Positions 33,188 through 46,031 of a stretch of 64,000 bases of DNA are shown in pieces. Source of the stretch: Anthoceros angustus (lineage: Eukaryota; Plantae; Anthocerotophyta). The translations under genes and the position numbers were made by a program. Where the stretch lies: the NCBI GenBank assembly GCA_010909165.1, contig VJWM01000119.1:620001-684000 (forward strand), written 5' to 3'. Positions within the stretch are counted from its first letter, which is position 1. Each line of letters opens with the position of its first letter. The notes under the pieces were generated by a model, which saw only the letters and a list, made by a program, of their open reading frames with translations, was not told the origin of the DNA and ran no database searches.

Positions 33188-34198
33188 TGTCTATGATCGG
33201 AAACTCACGAATTCAATTTGGTCCACATCACTTGGTAAGGATACACAGAAATGTTTCGCAAACAAGCAGTGAGGGTCCACGAGCAGTCAATGTGCCTTAC
33301 CATCCGTGTACAAACCAACCTTCCTCAAGGCTTCCGGCGTGTAAGCATTGGTTCCACCAACGAGGTGCAAGAAGATGCTTGTAGGAAGAAAGAAGCAAGG
33401 TCCCATTAGTTCAGACGTGAGCAAACAGGTAACTGCGCACTGTTGACAGCAAGTAAGAAAGGTGCTATTAGGAGTCTGATCCAAGGAGGAAGCCACACGA
33501 GCAGTAATTGCCACTGCAGCCCATGTGGCACCTACACCTATGTCTCCGCTCGAAGGCCGTCCATCCAACTACAATAAGATCTCACAGTGATCAATTAGTG
33601 CAAGAATTACAGCAAGCAAGGGCTCTGGATATATACTAGCTGGAGAAATGAAGGGAAGGGGACGTACCACAAATTCAAGCTTTTCAAAGATGGTTGCATC
33701 ATCATATACATAGCTGCTAAGCTCGGAACCATGGATTCCCGTAGGTCAGGTACAATCCCCTGCAAGCAAGACAATGGCTGGCTGCAAACATTTCATTGTG
33801 CATGCGCGATGTGCATGCACTGGCTGGTGGGGCATGTGGCGCGGGACAGATTGGGCAGACATGCATGTGGAGGATAGATGCTATAAACGAGGCATAACAT
33901 GGATGAATGTGGCAGTCTCATTTGTGTCTATCTAAGTAAATGTCGTCCTAGGTTTGATAGTGAGGAGGGAGGCACAGGTAGCCATGCGAAACTAACATGA
34001 GTTCGATTGTCCATTTGAATTACAAAAATGAATCTCGTACACACGAGAAATGCTAAGAGCCTAATACAAATGGATGGCTACTTGATCTCCATGAAGCCAA
34101 TGCAGCTGCTACCGTGTGCTTTATTCGTGAATCCGAAAAACCTTGTTCATGAAGATAGATGTCCATCAAGCTTGTTGCAGACATCAGCATGATCCGCA

Positions 34199-34630
34199 AT
34201 GGTATCATGTCATGGTTCCTGTTGACAAGCCGCAAAGTCACATGATGTATGTTTGTGAACATCAAACTAGTTAGCCTATACCCACTTTCATTTCATGTAG
34301 CTACGACCTTGAAGCTTATTAGCTGCATGCTTGTGCAATGGGCACCGACTTGAGCCACCTGCTTTAATGACGGACAAATGTATTCCTGAGGAGCCTAATA
34401 GGGAGGGGAGGGGCGGATCATGGTATCATGTCATGGTTCCTGTTGACAAGCCGCAAAGTCACACGATGTATGTTTGTGAACATCAAACTAGGTAGCCTAT
34501 ACCCACTTTCATTTCATGTAGCTACGACCTTGAAGCTTGTTAGCTCCATGCTTGTGCAATGGGCACCGACTTGAGCCACCTGCTTTAATGACGGACAAAT
34601 GTATTCCTGAGGAGCCTAATAGGGAGGAGG
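34199..34630. repeat. ~221-bp near-perfect tandem duplication abutting the purine tract
   Basis: atggtatcatgtcatggttcc...gagcctaataggga occurs at 34199 and at 34420. Confidence 0.85.
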
Positions 34631-35326
34631 GAGGAGGAGGGAGGAGGGGAGGGGAGGAGGGAGGGGAGGGAGGGAGGGAGGGAGGGAGGAGGGAGGGAGG
34701 GGAGGGAGGAGGGAGGGAGGGAGGAGGGGAGGGAGGGAGGGAGGAGGAGGGGAGGAGGGAGGGAGGAGGAGGAGGGAGGGAGGAGGGAGGGGAGGGGAGG
34801 AGGGGAGGGAGGAGGGAGGGAGGGAGGGAGGGGAGGGGAGGGAGGAGGGAGGGAGGGGAGGGAGGGGAGGGAGGGAGGAGGAGGAGGGGAGGAGGGGAGG
34901 GGAGGGGAGGGGAGGGGAGGGGAGGGGAGGGAGGGAGGAGGAGGGGAGGGGAGGGAGGGAGGGGAGGGAGGGAGGAGGAGGGAGGGGAGGGAGGGGAGGA
35001 GGAGGGAGGAGGGAGGGGAGGGAGGAGGGAGGGGAGGGAGGGGAGGGGAGGGGAGGAGGAGGGAGGGGAGGAGGGGAGGGAGGAGGAGGGGAGGGAGGGA
35101 GGGAGGAGGGAGGGGAGGGGAGGGAGGAGGGGAGGGAGGAGGGAGGAGGGGAGGAGGAGGGAGGGGAGGGGAGGAGGGGAGGGAGGGGAGGGAGGAGGGG
35201 AGGAGGGGAGGGGAGGGGAGGGAGGGGAGGAGGAGAGGGAGGGAGGGAGGGAGGGAGGGAGGGAGGGAGGAGGGGAGGGAGGGGAGGGAGGGGAGGGGAG
35301 GGGAGGAGGGGAGGGAGGGGAGGGGG
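34621..35326. repeat. ~700-bp pure G/A low-complexity tract (GGA/GGGA/GGGGA)
   Basis: No pyrimidines on the plus strand across the tract. Confidence 0.97.
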
Positions 35327-35454
35327 TTACCTAATAAGGACATGTAGACTTTTCCCTCTTGATCTACCGGCTCCTTCCGACAAATCCTCTTGGTAATTTC
35401 CGCCACAATACCTTTGTCAGACTGCATCCATCAGCCAGCGCAACGTCAGCATGA

Positions 35455-36420
35455 TCCTAATGCTCTAATGTCACCAGCTATTGCCAACTGGGTTGCAAAT
35501 TTACCTCTGGTCGCTCATCGAACTTAAGCTGCTTGGAGAGATTTTTCATGGTGATACGTCCACCTGCCTGACGCAAAATGTTCTTGATTTCATTTTCAAT
35601 TGCAGCGGCCTTGGACATGAGCGCCCGTCAGGCTCGTGTTTATGGTGGCGCTACCGCGCCTCTCCCGCCCGCATCTACATTTCAAGAGCGGCGATGGCTT
35701 ATGATAGCATGTCTTTGACCTAATGCTCGATGTCACCTATTGCCACCGGGTCGACTTACCTCAGTCGCCGCCAAGCTTAAGCTTAGCGACAACATCTTTG
35801 GTGGTGATACTTCCACTTGCCTTGGACATGGGTGCTCCACGCCCCGCCCGCCTACCTCTACCGTGGGCAAGATCGGAAGCCTCACCGCTACATTTCAAAA
35901 GCAGCGATGGTGTAGAGTTCAACATGTCAATGAATTACTGCTCTGATGCCACCTATTGCCACCTTGGTCGTGAATTTACCTCTGGTCGCCCAAATGAGCT
36001 TAAGCTTTAGCTTAGCGACATCTTTGGTCCTTCCCGCTCTTCAAGCAAATTGTTCCCATTTTCATGTTCAATTGCAGGAGCCTTGGACATGGGTGCTCCA
36101 CGCCCCGCCTCGCCGCTTTGCCACCGTGGCAACATCGGAAGCCTCATCCATTTCAAAAGCGATGGCATAGAGTACAGCATGTCGATGACCTATTGCTCTA
36201 ATGTCATCTATATATTGCTACCTGGGTCGCGAATTTACCTCTGGTTGCTTAGCGAGCTTAAGCTTAGCGACAACATCTTTAGTGTTCCCGATTTCATGTT
36301 CAATCATAAAGCATTTTGGACATGAATGCTATGCCTCGTGGCCAGCCTCTATGGCCTACATCCACATTTCAAGAGCGGCAATAGCTTAGAGTAGTCTAGC
36401 ATGTCTATGACCTAATACTC
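35455..36420. repeat. Degenerate tandem repeat, ~4 units of ~215-260 bp
   Basis: Recurring blocks tgtcacctattgcc..gaatttacctctggtcgc..cttaagcttagcgacaacatcttt..ccttggacatg..catttcaa(g/a)agcg. Confidence 0.75.
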
Positions 36421-36604
36421 ACAAATTCAGTCTGGTCTATATCACTAGGTAAGGATACACATAAATGTTATCGCAGTTGTGTTGAAAACAAGGTACGATA
36501 CGAGGAATAGTCCTCAAAGGCAGTCCAAGAATTAAGCTAGTACAAACAAGCGTTCCAAAGAAGTGCAAGCAAGTGATCAGGGTTGTAGGGTTGTAAGAAT
36601 TAGA

Positions 36605-36760
36605 ACGCACATGATCCTGAGGCTCGTCTTCCCGATCCTGGGGAATAGACTGCACATCATCCTCGTCCTCCTGATCCTGGGGATTAGAGCGCACATGATC
36701 CTCGTCCTCCCAATCCTGATTACTAGAACACACATGATCCTCGTCCTCCCGATCCCATAT
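36605..36760. repeat. 33-bp coding-type minisatellite (QDREDEDHVRSNP-like on the minus strand)
   Basis: About 5 copies of cacatgatcctcgtcctcccgatcctggg... Confidence 0.8.
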
Positions 36761-37302
36761 CCGCGACTTGGCAAGCAGCTTCTTCATTTCTTGCTCGATT
36801 GAGAGACGACTGCCCGGACCTTCTTGCTCTTGCTTGTAACCTTCTCTACCTTGCTCATCCTCATCCTACCCTCCATTTTCAAGAGGATGTACGCCAAGCC
36901 ATGGCCACCAGTACGAGAAATAAATCCAGTTAAATACACACACACAAATCCATTGAGTATTAGTAGTCCAACATCACACAGTACCACTACTTAGGGTGTT
37001 AAGAGATGCATGCACCTGGTCGAACTCTAGGGGAGTATGATTTTGAGGATGGAATCCCACTGTGAGTCCGTCGTGGTCATTTTCGGGTCCAACATGCATG
37101 GCCAGGTCATCGTTTGAGAATGTATCCTCATGGTCCCAGTCATCTCCTACACAAAAAGCAAAACCAGGACGCGCCACTATAATCTAGCTGGGAATCAAAA
37201 GGCTAGCCAGCTGCAGGGGGAGATTAGCAGAAGCAATCGCAAAGCGAATGCTAGCATGAGCGTGCACATAAACAGTGAGCTAGGCATGAAATGAATTCGA
37301 AT

Positions 37303-38540
37303 TCAGTTGAAATCTTGAGAGCTTGCCTTTCTCAGAGTTGTTATCATTGATATCCATGTCAAGAGGGTCAAGGTTGCTTTCATCGTGGTCAAGAGGGTTG
37401 TTGTCATCCAAGTGAAGATCATTTTCATGTGTCGGTAGCGCGCGTGCTCCTCTAGATTTCTTCGTCCCACGTCTCCTCCTTCTGCCCTCTTCGAGCTCCT
37501 CGTCTCCAGATGTGTTTGAGTCAGACATGCATAATTATCATCATCGTTGTCTCCCCTACCCCTACCCCATGAAGGGGGCCAGGCACGGACCTGGGCCCCA
37601 GCAGATGCTCCAAGTGTAATAGCCTCCGGATCCTCGAGCACATCCTTGGAAGCTGCACATCGAGCGGCTACTTTTGCCTTGTGCCTCTGTGCCCAGCCGG
37701 GCTGATAGCCCGATGCTGTTCTGTAACGCTTCGCCATTTTCTCCTCAGCTTCATCAGTTGTAAATTGTTTGCGCACATCTCCCATGTTCTGGAACATATG
37801 CCTTGGAAAGCAAACAAGGAGCTCAGTGCATGCACTTGATGACATATGCCCCAGCCTGCTAGCTTGTAAAGAATGTTAAGGACTAAGACACGCCTGCGAA
37901 AATTAAAATAGGCCTAGGGTAGGATATCGATCATGAGGGGTTTGGAGCCACTCACCAGTTCTTCACGAGAAATGCCGTTAAACCTTTCCCTTGTCGCTTA
38001 ACGTTGATCTGCAAGTACCCAATCGTCCTCCTTCCTTCCGGCCTAGGTAGGACTGCTGACACCGTCATTGAGCCTCAACGGCTTCCCTCGGAGCTTCTCC
38101 TGCACACACACGCACACAGCTTGAACCAATATAAGCTCTTGGTCTGCCAACTGGGCCACAACCTAAACCAACTCAGAGCCAACACAAAACAAGAGAATGG
38201 AAAGATTTCCTACCTGTGGGCCCCTCTTACGCCCTTGCCATTCCACGTTCCACTTTTTGTTACAACCTTCAGCTCCCTTGAGGTTGGGAACACCTCGTCG
38301 CGATCCAAAATGCCCCACGACGATTTCATTTGTCATTGGGGGAGGGGGCATCAAATTACAGGTCTGCAAGCAAAGAGGGCCAATTAAGATTCTTGAAAGC
38401 CATGGATGCATGGTAAGTACCAGAGACACGAGGAACTTCAAAATGAAAGCTTGCAAGCGGAAGGTAGCGGAAATACATACCATGATGAGCCCTGAGATAG
38501 GAGCTCCGCACCCCGGGCAATCCTTCTTGCTACGGGCCAT
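37303..38540 (-). pseudogene. Spliced gene of unknown function with N-terminal CxxC zinc-ribbon, disrupted by in-frame stops (possibly transposon-borne)
   Basis: Phase-0 GT-AG exons 38540-38481, 38363-38214, 38099-37956 and 37893 onward join in frame (MARSKKDCPGCGAPISGLIM|TCNL...). Exons 3-4 contain TAG/TAA stops. Confidence 0.55.
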
Positions 38541-40785
38541 TTCAAGCCACAGGGCTTACACATTGTGAGGCTACAGCACCCGGTGACAGTCGCAGTCTTG
38601 GAGCTCGTTCCGGTATTTCCTTTCATATGGCAACCATGGCAGGTCGACCGGGAGGCATTCCCTTGAGGTGCGACCATGATCGATATTCGGACTAGGTACC
38701 ATTTGCCAAGCCAAGGTGCAAACACCTAGTCACAATCAACTTCCGAATCCGAAGGAATTCGAGGAAGCCTTGCTTGGATACCTAGGTAAAGTACTACACT
38801 TCTCAAGCTTTCGACCACCACCACCTCTCACACCTCTCGCCGTATCACTACCCGCTGATATATACTTTTCTTTTTGGTAACCTAGAGATACATATATAGC
38901 ACTCATGACCTAATATAATTGATATCGATAATTATGTAGTGTTGACTCTTCTTTTAAAATTTACTCATTAATTTTTCTATTCATAACATAAAAGGTCCTT
39001 GTTCTTCAAGTATGGAAGGCATGCACTCCTTAGATATATAGAGTAAAAGTCCGTCAAGAGACTCTTTGGTAATGCCATCATCTTTGGTAGAGATTGAGCA
39101 TCAATTCGAGTTCACACTAATATTTCCTTGGAGCTAGACATCCTCACATCGATGTCACAAAAGAGATTTTGAGAAAAAGTGGACCCGAGAAGCCTAATAA
39201 GAATTCAAAGAAGGCCAAACTGTACCTCTAGTACTTGGGTTTGATGCTTTCGGATTAAAGTCATATGCTGGGTTCTCTTTTAGAGTTCCTATCACCACTG
39301 ATGGGGTCTATAGGCTTTGCGTCTAGAAGCTCAACACCAAGTGGGTTGGCATTGATGGATTTGTGTGTGGTGGGTTGTGACCTGCGAGTGGTGCTGATGG
39401 TTTGCTTGTAGGGGTGTTTAACACTAGGTGGGTTTGTCGAGTGGCGATGGTTTGCTTGTAGGGGTGTTTAACACTAGGTGGGTTTGTCAGTAGCAAGTGG
39501 CGGTGTATGTATTTCCAGGCAGATGAAGCTGCATTGTCTGCTCATTGGTTTAGTCCTACCGGCTTCACAAACCCTGACCTAGATGTGTACATAGTGATTT
39601 TTTGAATTATGCTTGCTGGTCCTCGCCCACAATACATATGTGACTTGATTTTGCGAAGACTTGTCCAGATGTACCAAACACAAGCACAGTGCCAAGACTT
39701 TGTCCAGATGTACCAAAAACAAATATTGAATTGAGATGGTTGAACAATCATGTTGTCTATTTTCTCGCTTTCGACAAGAAAACAACTGCACGAATCTTTG
39801 AGAACATGTCCGACAATTCAATTATTATGACTAAAAACCCTTTAGTGAGTGCATTTCTTCCACATACCCAAAGAACAAGGAACCCGCCAATAGTGCGAAG
39901 GCTCCTTAATCTCCTTTGAGATGTGCGGATGGCCAACACAAAAGAAATGTGGACCTTTTATGTTATAAATCTCTGCAAGCTTAATGCAAGTAGCAAAGAG
40001 TCTCTTGGGCTAACTCTCGCTGTACATACAAAGGAGGGCATTCCTTCCGCATACCCGAAGAATAAGGACCATTTATATTATAAATAAATTAATTGATTAA
40101 TTTAAAAGAAAAACCAACACTACGTAATTGTCAAGATTTATTAGGTCATGAGTGACTCTAGGTTACCGAACAAAGTATATATTAAGAGGTGTGGGAGGTG
40201 AGCTGGCGATCGAAAGCTTGAGGAGTGTTGTAATTTATCCAAGTACCCTACACGACAACAAAACGGGCAGATTTAAGACTGTGGCATATAGGACGCTGGC
40301 CCAGGGGTCTTTCTTGCGTGTTAAAAAGAAGACGGATCTCTTCATTTGAGACGCATGATCGTACCTTCCCGAAATGCTCTATGCTACTATAAGACGTGTC
40401 CCAGCCCCATCTTATACGACGTGTTTGGATGTACGTTCCAACCAGCCAGCCACGGGCTGACAATCGTTGCTGCTGAAGTTAACAACCTGGGTGATTTAAA
40501 CGGACATTTCCGTTCAACGGACACTTTAACCTGGCGCACCCCCAATATTCTCCAGCGGCCAACAGTGTGGATGGCGTCCGCTCAAACAGCTGTGGGTCTT
40601 CATCCACTTGCGTGCTTTCCGACGGCCTCGGATCACAGTGCCTGCCGATGGATGCGCCCAGATCAAATAGAGATATCCCAAAAATTGTCTGTCCCTGTTC
40701 AGATTGCGCGCCTTCCAACCACAGTATTCGGGCTGATATTTCCAAGCGTCATGTACGAGCGTGGGAACGAATTGCAACAGCGGTG

Positions 40786-40910
40786 AAGGGAATGGATGCC
40801 CTTGGTGCAAGTAGCTTAGGCATACCATGGTACAAGTTGTTAAGTACCAAGTCCATGACGGGAATCCGTACTTAGTGGACTTAAATAAAATTCTTCTTCT
40901 TTTTCTTCTT
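40786..40910 (+). mobile_element. Short retroposed repeat, copy B
   Basis: Reverse-complement homolog of 18122-18245. Ends cttaaataaaattcttcttct. Confidence 0.65.
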
Positions 40911-41335
40911 GGAAGAGTATAGCAATAGGTGGGCTTGGAAGAGTGTAGCAACATGAGGGCTTGGAAGACCGTTCCAATTTAGCAGGAGCGTTGGAAGAGT
41001 GTGCAAGTCTGACAGGGCCCTTGGCAGAGCATTCAAGGTTAGCAAGGGCTTTGGAAGAGCGATCCAGATTGGTAGGGGCTTGGAAGAGCGTTCCAGTTTG
41101 GCAGGAGTGTTGGAAGAGCGTGCAAGTTTGACAGGGCCCTCGGAAGAGCATTCAAGGTTGGCAAGGACTTTAGAAGAGCGTTTGAGTTTGGCAGGGCCCT
41201 TGGCAGAGCATTCAAGGTTAGCAAGGGCTTTAGAAGAGCGTTCAAGTTTGGTAGAGGCTTGGAGGAGCGTTCCAGTTTGGTAGGAGCGTTGGAAAAGCGT
41301 GCAAGTTCGGCAGGGCCCTTGGAAGAAAGTACATG
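40905..41335. repeat. 30-bp minisatellite, ~14 copies (ttggaagagcgttccagtttggcagggccc-like)
   Basis: 30-nt periodicity. The minus strand reads as 10-aa repeats (LPNLNALLKP). Confidence 0.9.
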
Positions 41336-42129
41336 TTTTGCAGAAAGGCAATCATTAAGGAAGGTCGATATGTGAACCATCACCAACTGGGATGTACCAA
41401 GGATACGTTATAGCACCAACATCAAGCGAGCAACACGGTGAACCAACCTCCCAGGATTCTCTTTCTGCAAGGACTTCATAGTCCTTCACCAAGTTTCTTC
41501 AAACCCCTATGCCATCCCCTTCCATGTATTCCAGGGCATATTGGACACAAATGGTCAAGGTGTTGATGCAGAGATCTCAAGCACAAGTTAATTGGAACAC
41601 ACGACACACTCACACCACTCAGATGCCTAATGATTTCAGCTAGGCTGCAGAAGATGATGACTTGGTTTCATTGGACTGAAATTCCTTTTCTGGTAACTTG
41701 AGTCTTCACTCTACATGAGTCTTCAGTTCACTTTAGCTCCTTCACACTCCTGAACTCAGTTGCGTTTGTAAGTTGGGCAGGTGCTGTTGCCAACGGTCTC
41801 TTTGTTGAATTTGATTGAATCGATTGAAGTGAACTTCAGTCTTCTTCAGTACTTGCTACACAATTTACATATGGTATGTCCTCGTCAATGTTGCCAAACA
41901 TTGCATGATAAGTACGTTTGGTGCGTACTTTAAACAAAGCCTCTGCAATTGAATCTCGGTGAAGACATTCTTCTTTATATCCAAGCATATCGAAGTCCAT
42001 TGCCTCTTACACTTCGTCCACAACATCGTTGTTGGCTTCATTGTCTCCTCTGCTATTTGGCCGTTGAGACCGCACGCCAATAATCTCGAACAATGCATAA
42101 TATGCAGCTCTAGATGCAATAGCATCAGT

Positions 42130-42589
42130 GGTAGAGGAAGCCACTTCCTCACTGCAACACAAAAATCAATGACTATACGACATGCAGTGGATTTCCCTAC
42201 ACCATATATATGTCACCAACAGTCCATAAAAAGTCTGTAGATGCTAACGTGCGCATAGTAATAGCAATAGGTGTGTCCAAAGGTATTGCTTTCCTAGCAT
42301 CAGTATCATGCTTTTCCATGTATGGTACCACTTGCCGACATATGTACTCAAATGTACAACGATTGACATGCACAAGCCGTTTAAATTGGTCTTCCATGTA
42401 AGTACCAAGCAACTGATTATGCATAAATCCCTGATGATGGGAAACTGTCCATAGACGTCTTGGGTTCCTCAATAAGGACTTCCTGCCATCTTGCTCACAT
42501 ATATGAAGAACATCAATGATAAATACCATCCATAACGCCTCATCTTCTTGACCTAGATCCATTATATCCTTAAACACCTTATATCTCAA
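42130..42589 (-). mobile_element. PIF/Harbinger transposase remnant (N-terminal HTH region)
   Basis: QFKRLVHVNRCTFEYICRQV.PYMEKHDT..RKAIP....AITMRTLAS....TVGDIY[fs]GVGKSTACRIVIDFCVAV. The frameshift is at an AT dinucleotide run near 42205. DDE core not present. Confidence 0.82.
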
Positions 42590-42631
42590 ACCCTAATATC
42601 CAAATCGTAATGAAGAATTTCAAATAAACCC

Positions 42632-42795
42632 TAACATGAGCTGGCAGAGCGCAAAACACCGCTAAATACGAGCTCGCAAAGCGCAAAATACCGCTGCATA
42701 CGAGCTCGTGAAGCGCAAAACACCGCTGAACACGAGTTCCCAAAGCGCAAAACACCGCTGAACATGAGCTCGCAAAGCGCAAAACACCGTTGAAC
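42632..42795. repeat. ~32-bp tandem repeats upstream of the Harbinger transposase
   Basis: About 5 copies of gcgcaaaacaccgctgaacatgagctcgcaaa. Confidence 0.85.
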
Positions 42796-44345
42796 AATCC
42801 GACGGGAGCCGGCACTTACCGCTTCATTATGGCCAAGTGCGTTCTTTATCATGTTATGAGTTAGAAAGTACCCGAGATCTTATCATGTATGTGGGCCCCC
42901 GGTGAATGAAGACCGGTGTGAAGGGACCATGGTCCATATGAGCCTCATGGCATTGCGGACTCCATGTCACCCAGTCTCAAGGTGTAAGTCATACCTAACG
43001 ACCGCTCGTGTGAAGCCGTGCACGATGTGTATGTGGCCAGCAATCATGTATGGCATAAGTGTGGCACATTACAGAGAATGCACGAAATGTGTTTGATAGG
43101 CTTGGACATGAAAAAGTGGTTTGGACTACTCTCAAGGCAGCATATCCCCACATGTGCTAGTGTGGCAGCCTAGAGGATGGACGAAATGTGTTTGACAAGC
43201 TCAGTGAAAAAAATGTGGGCCGGTGCTGTTTGCTGGTGTGATGTTTGAATTAACTTTGGGGCTCATGTTCGTAGGGTTACTAGACTTGGAGGTGGTGATA
43301 AAGTTTGGCACACTGAAAGTTTGAGCCATCTTCCATGCAAGAATTCCCTCTTGTAATCAATATCTCGATGTCATCTGTATCTCTTTGTGGCCAAGTTGTG
43401 TGACATTCTGTCCGGTGCGAAAAAGAATGGGAGGCGAAGATGAGCGGCCTCCAGACGGGACAAGTCCATAACCGCATGTGCATAAAACATGTGTATGTGT
43501 CCTATATGTGAATAAAAAGTGGATGACAAGATCCGAACACCGTGAACATGAGCTCGCAGCGCAAAACACCGTTGAACAATCCGACGGGAGCCGGCACTTA
43601 CCGCTTCATTATGGCCAAGTGCGTTCTTTATCATGTTATGAGTTAGAAAGTACCCGAGATCTTATCATGTATGTGGGCCCCCGGTGAATGAAGACCGGTG
43701 TGAAGGGACCATGGTCCATATGAGCCTCATGGCATTGCGGACTCCATGTCACCCAGTCTCAAGGTGTAAGTCATACCTAACGAGACCGCTCTGGTGTGAA
43801 GCCAGGCCTGATGTGTATGTGGCCAGCAATCACAGTTGGTAACAGTTTGCGAAGTGTGGCACATTACAGAGAATGCACGAAATGTGTTTGATAGGCTTGG
43901 ACATGAAAAAGTGGTTTGGACTACTCTCAAGGCAGCATATCCCCACATGTGCTAGTGTGGCAGCCTAGAGGATGGACGAAATGTGTTTGACAAGCTCGAT
44001 GAAAAATGTGGGCGGTCTTTGTTTGGTGTGATGTTTGAATTAACTTTGGGGCTCATGTTCGTAGGGTTACTAGACTTGGAGGTGGTGATAAAGTTTGGCA
44101 CACTGAAAGTTTGAGCCATCTTCCATGCAAGAATTCCCTCTTGTAATCAATATCTCGATGTCATCTGTATCTCTTTGTGGCCAAGTTGTGTGACATTCTC
44201 ATCCGCGGGTGCGAAAAAAGAATGGGAGCGAAGATGAGCGGGGCCTCCGCACGGGGGGGACAGACAAGTCCATAACCGGCATGTGCATAAAACATGTGTA
44301 TGTGTCCTATATGTGAATAAAAAGTGGATGACAAGATCCGAACAC
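42761..44345. repeat. ~785-bp near-identical tandem duplication differing mainly by small indels
   Basis: aacatgagctcgca..caaaacaccgttgaacaatccgacggg occurs at 42761 and 43545. Both units end gatccgaacac. Confidence 0.9.
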
Positions 44346-44739
44346 CTGTGGGCAAGTTGTGTGATAGAAACTTTCCTGCCGCATGGGCCATTTTGGGGTG
44401 ATGCGGCATGTATAATAGCATAGAATTTGGAAGATGCGGGGTGGCCATCCGATATGGGATGTATAATACCATAGAATCTGAAAGATGACGGGGCATCTGT
44501 ATGTACAATATAGTGGAAAATAATGTTTGCACACACAAGTCGCCTGCCGCTTGCTGACAAGATTGGTATTCCATATGCAACTGCTACACGATAACAACTA
44601 AAAGAAGTGAGGCTTTTCTCTCGCGTAGGCCCCGCGGGAATATCTTACAATCCGGGCGGTCTGCATTCCCATACATTAATTATCAACGTTTGTGTTAGTG
44701 CATTATAGATACGTCCTAAAATGATCGTATCAATGTAGG

Positions 44740-45625
44740 TACATACCTAGATACCGTAGAATTTAATAGGTAGGTACCTAGATACCGTAGGTTTTTAAAA
44801 TTATCAATATTTGTGTTTGTGTCAGTGTATTATGAATACGTCCTAAAATGATTGTATCAATATATGTAGGTACCTAGATACCTAGATACCGTAGATTTTA
44901 ATATACCTACATAAAGCTAAGCTTTTTAATGTAAACCCATCCTACTCCCTTTAGTTTACAATGTAACAAATGGGACGTTTCCCTAAATGGTAATTGGGAC
45001 CTTTTGAAACATACATTCATGTTAGTTTCACCTCCCTAAATGGGATTTCTAATTTTTTTACTAAAAAAAATTTAAAAAAAAAAGAAAAAGGAATCGATTA
45101 TTTCAGAGCACAATAGACTTTTAGGTGTGATTGAAGACTCTGAAGCTAAGCTTTTTCCTCTATGATAGGTAGAGGTTTTTTGATGCTGCTTAGGGAGGGT
45201 GCTAACTTTCAAACAACTATATAGAGAAGTGGTAAAAGTTATTTTCAGTGAAACCTATCAAGCAAAACTTAAAATTTCTTTTTTTGGGTATTTTATTTGT
45301 TTTAAAGTTTATAATATTTTTATTATTATTAAATAGGGAAAATATAATCGGGACACCTCCTTAATGGGACCTCTAAAGGCACTCCGAACCAGTCCCAATT
45401 AGGGGGGGTGGACTGTACCACAGAAACCTAGATACCCTAAAATTTAATAGGTACCTAGATACTACAGGAACCTAGATACCGTAGTATTTAATAGGTACAC
45501 ACCTAAAACCTAGATATCATAAAATTTAATAGGTACCCAGATACCATAAAAACCTAAATATCGTAGAATTTAATAGATACCTAGATACCATAGAAACCTA
45601 GATAGGTACTTAGATGCTGTATAAT
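44740..45625. repeat. AT-rich acctagatacc(g/a)tag repeat array interrupted by a possible Tc1/mariner-type non-autonomous element (~44960-45417)
   Basis: Many acctagatac units flank an insert that ends ...gggggggtggactg|TA and carries internal aat(t/g/c)gggac repeats. The left TIR is not clearly identified. Confidence 0.5.
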
Positions 45626-45819
45626 TTACGAATTTACTTCGAGAAGGTTATGTTTGCCTTTGTTCCCACTGATGCTCGGACGTTTCTATCATAAGGAGCG
45701 TCGCTGACGCTCCACCACCGAGCTGTAGAGGCCAATGACAAAAATTAGTATAATTTTATATTAATAATTTAAAAATATTTTAATAAAAATAAAAATAATT
45801 TTATTTTTTTAATAAGTGA

Positions 45820-46031
45820 GTGTCCAAATGGCTCAAACCAAATGCACACACATGTATAAGAACGCCACCGTGAAGGATCGTCGCGTCGCTTCCCTTCGAT
45901 CCGTACTGAGGTAGGGTGCCTAGAGGGAGTGGACGCCCTTGGTGCTGATAGTTTAGGCACAACATGTACAAGTTGCGAAGTACCAAGTCGCCTATGTATA
46001 GGAAAATCCCATCCAAGTGAACTAAAATAAA
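45820..46031 (+). mobile_element. Short retroposed repeat, copy C (more diverged)
   Basis: Reverse-complement homolog of 18130-18480 (gggtgcctagagggagtggacgcccttggtgc...gtaccaagtc...aaataaa). Confidence 0.6.

Noticed and set aside
34537-35427. 265-aa G/E/R-rich and 280-aa P/S/L-rich ORFs (extensin-like)
   Set aside because: By-products of a purine-only tract that cannot contain stop codons on either strand.
37870-38060. Idea that the in-frame TAA/TAG stops of the zinc-ribbon gene are repaired by the neighbouring U-to-C editors
   Set aside because: PPR editing factors act in organelles and these carry transit-peptide-like leaders. C->T decay of a methylated nuclear repeat is the simpler explanation.
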